A stretch of 64,000 bases of DNA. It comes from Heptranchias perlo (Eukaryota). Of the stretch, positions 62,434-64,000 are shown piece by piece (position 1 is the first letter of the stretch; each line of letters starts with the position of its first letter). The stretch covers positions 6,696,001 through 6,760,000 of the forward strand of contig NC_090363.1 in assembly GCF_035084215.1 (NCBI RefSeq), written 5' to 3'. Position numbers and translations under genes: made by a program. The notes beneath the pieces are model-generated. The model did no database searches, was not told the origin of the DNA, and saw only the letters and a list, made by a program, of their open reading frames with translations.

Positions 62434-64000
62434 TACGGGGGTAGATTGTCAAATTCAGCACCGGGGTGGAGGCTTATCGAAAAATTGGGTGCAAACTGCT
62501 TCACCACTTTCCTTCCATTTATTTCAGTGGACAGAAAAATGTGAACATCCTGTGCCCAATTTTGCGATTAGGGCCTCTGCCCTGCCAAGACGTTACATTC
62601 CTGTACAGATGTGGAAAATCTATCGCACATAGTTCATTTGGGATCTCCTGCACCAAACAGACTTTCAACTGTCAATCAGTCACTCCCAACTCTAAGTGCT
62701 ACGCATTGTCTGGCTGACACCATGGGGAGTAATTTTAACCTAACTCGCCAGGCGGGAAACCCACAGGATGGGGTGGAGTGCCGGCTTTGCACCCCGCCCG
62801 ATATCGCTCTCCGTTGGCTTTGCTCCCTCCACTACGGACGCACCATGGCTGCACTGCAGCAACTCGCCAAGGCTTCTTCAACAGCTCCTCCCAAACCCGC
62901 GACCTCCACCACCTAGAAGGACAAGGGCAGCAGCTGCATGGGAACATCGTCTCCTCCAGGTCCCTCTCCTAGTCACACACCACCCCGACTTGGACGTATA
63001 TCGGCCGTTCCTTCACCGTCGCTGAGTCAAAATCCTGGAACTCCCCACCTAACAGCACTGTGGGAGTATTGTCACCACACACGGACTGCAGTGGTTCAAG
63101 AAGAAGGCCCACCACCACCTTCTCAAGGGCAACTAGGGATGGGCAATAAATTCTGGCCTTGCTATCCCGAGAATGAGTTTTAAGAAAAGCAATGGTTGAG
63201 TGTACTTTATGCAGTGCTTGATTGAGTGTGGTACCAAGGAGTCCAAACAAAACTGGGGTCAGTAGGAGTCAGGGGGAAACCCTCCATTAGTTGAGACATA
63301 GCCTAAGTACCTTTATAATGAGGAGATTTATGTCCCTATTTTGCCTCTCCACCTTTCCAGCCCAGAAAGGGAACAATTTAAACTGTGGACTCTCATTCCT
63401 TCAGATAGTAAATTGTTGTTAGAGTTTTTTAAAATTTTAAATTAACATTTTTTTTCTTACTTTCCCTTTCTCCTTTTTCTCTCTCTCTCTCTTAATCCAA
63501 TCTTTCTCTCTCTTTATTTCTCTTTCCGTACCAGATTTGACTCTAATTCACCCCGTTTCCTTCTCTGTCGTTCCTCTGTTTCTTTCTCAATCCAGTGGTT
63601 GGGGAGATAGACCGTTGGTCCCGCAGTTCAGCGAGGTTCCGGATGCCCCCGCTGCCCTCACCCCGCCGTTATCAGCTCGCGCCTCCAGCAAGTCACGGCG
63701 CAAAAATCCTTCGAGCCGACGGGCGAGAGAAAAAGTCTAACTGACGGGGAGTGGCATGAGATGCCCCCCAACTCCAGCAAAATCTGGGCCAACGTAGCTA
63801 AATTAGATTGTAAATGATGCTGTATACCGTGACAGGTAAAGGTGGGCTCTGGTCTTGTCTAAACCAACTCAATAAAATGTAACGGTCGACACTTAACATG
63901 TGTATCATCTGGGCGCTGCGAAACGAGGGTGAAACTCAATTGGGTCAGGGACTCAAAACAGGTGATAATGGGACAGCCGCCTGTTATACACCCTTCTCGA

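Overview
Repeat-rich vertebrate genomic DNA, most likely from a cartilaginous fish (inferred from the CR1 LINE, Deu-type SINE and Penelope repeat content). There are two gene groups. The first is a tandem array of three two-exon IER3 (IEX-1)-like genes on the + strand at about 15.8, 26.6 and 33.8 kb. Their promoters and first exons are highly divergent, but copies 1 and 3 share a near-identical exon 2, and copy 2 carries an in-frame MITE-like inverted repeat in its coding exon. The second is a small replication-dependent histone group: two H3 genes in an inverted repeat (both H3.2-type with Q125H) flanking a divergent, Cys-containing H2B with no H2A partner. The rest is truncated or nested CR1/L2-clade LINEs, tRNA-derived SINEs, palindromic MITE-like elements, Penelope-like fragments with minimal hammerhead ribozyme motifs, and several minisatellites. 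Repeat family names are by eye and repeat boundaries are approximate.
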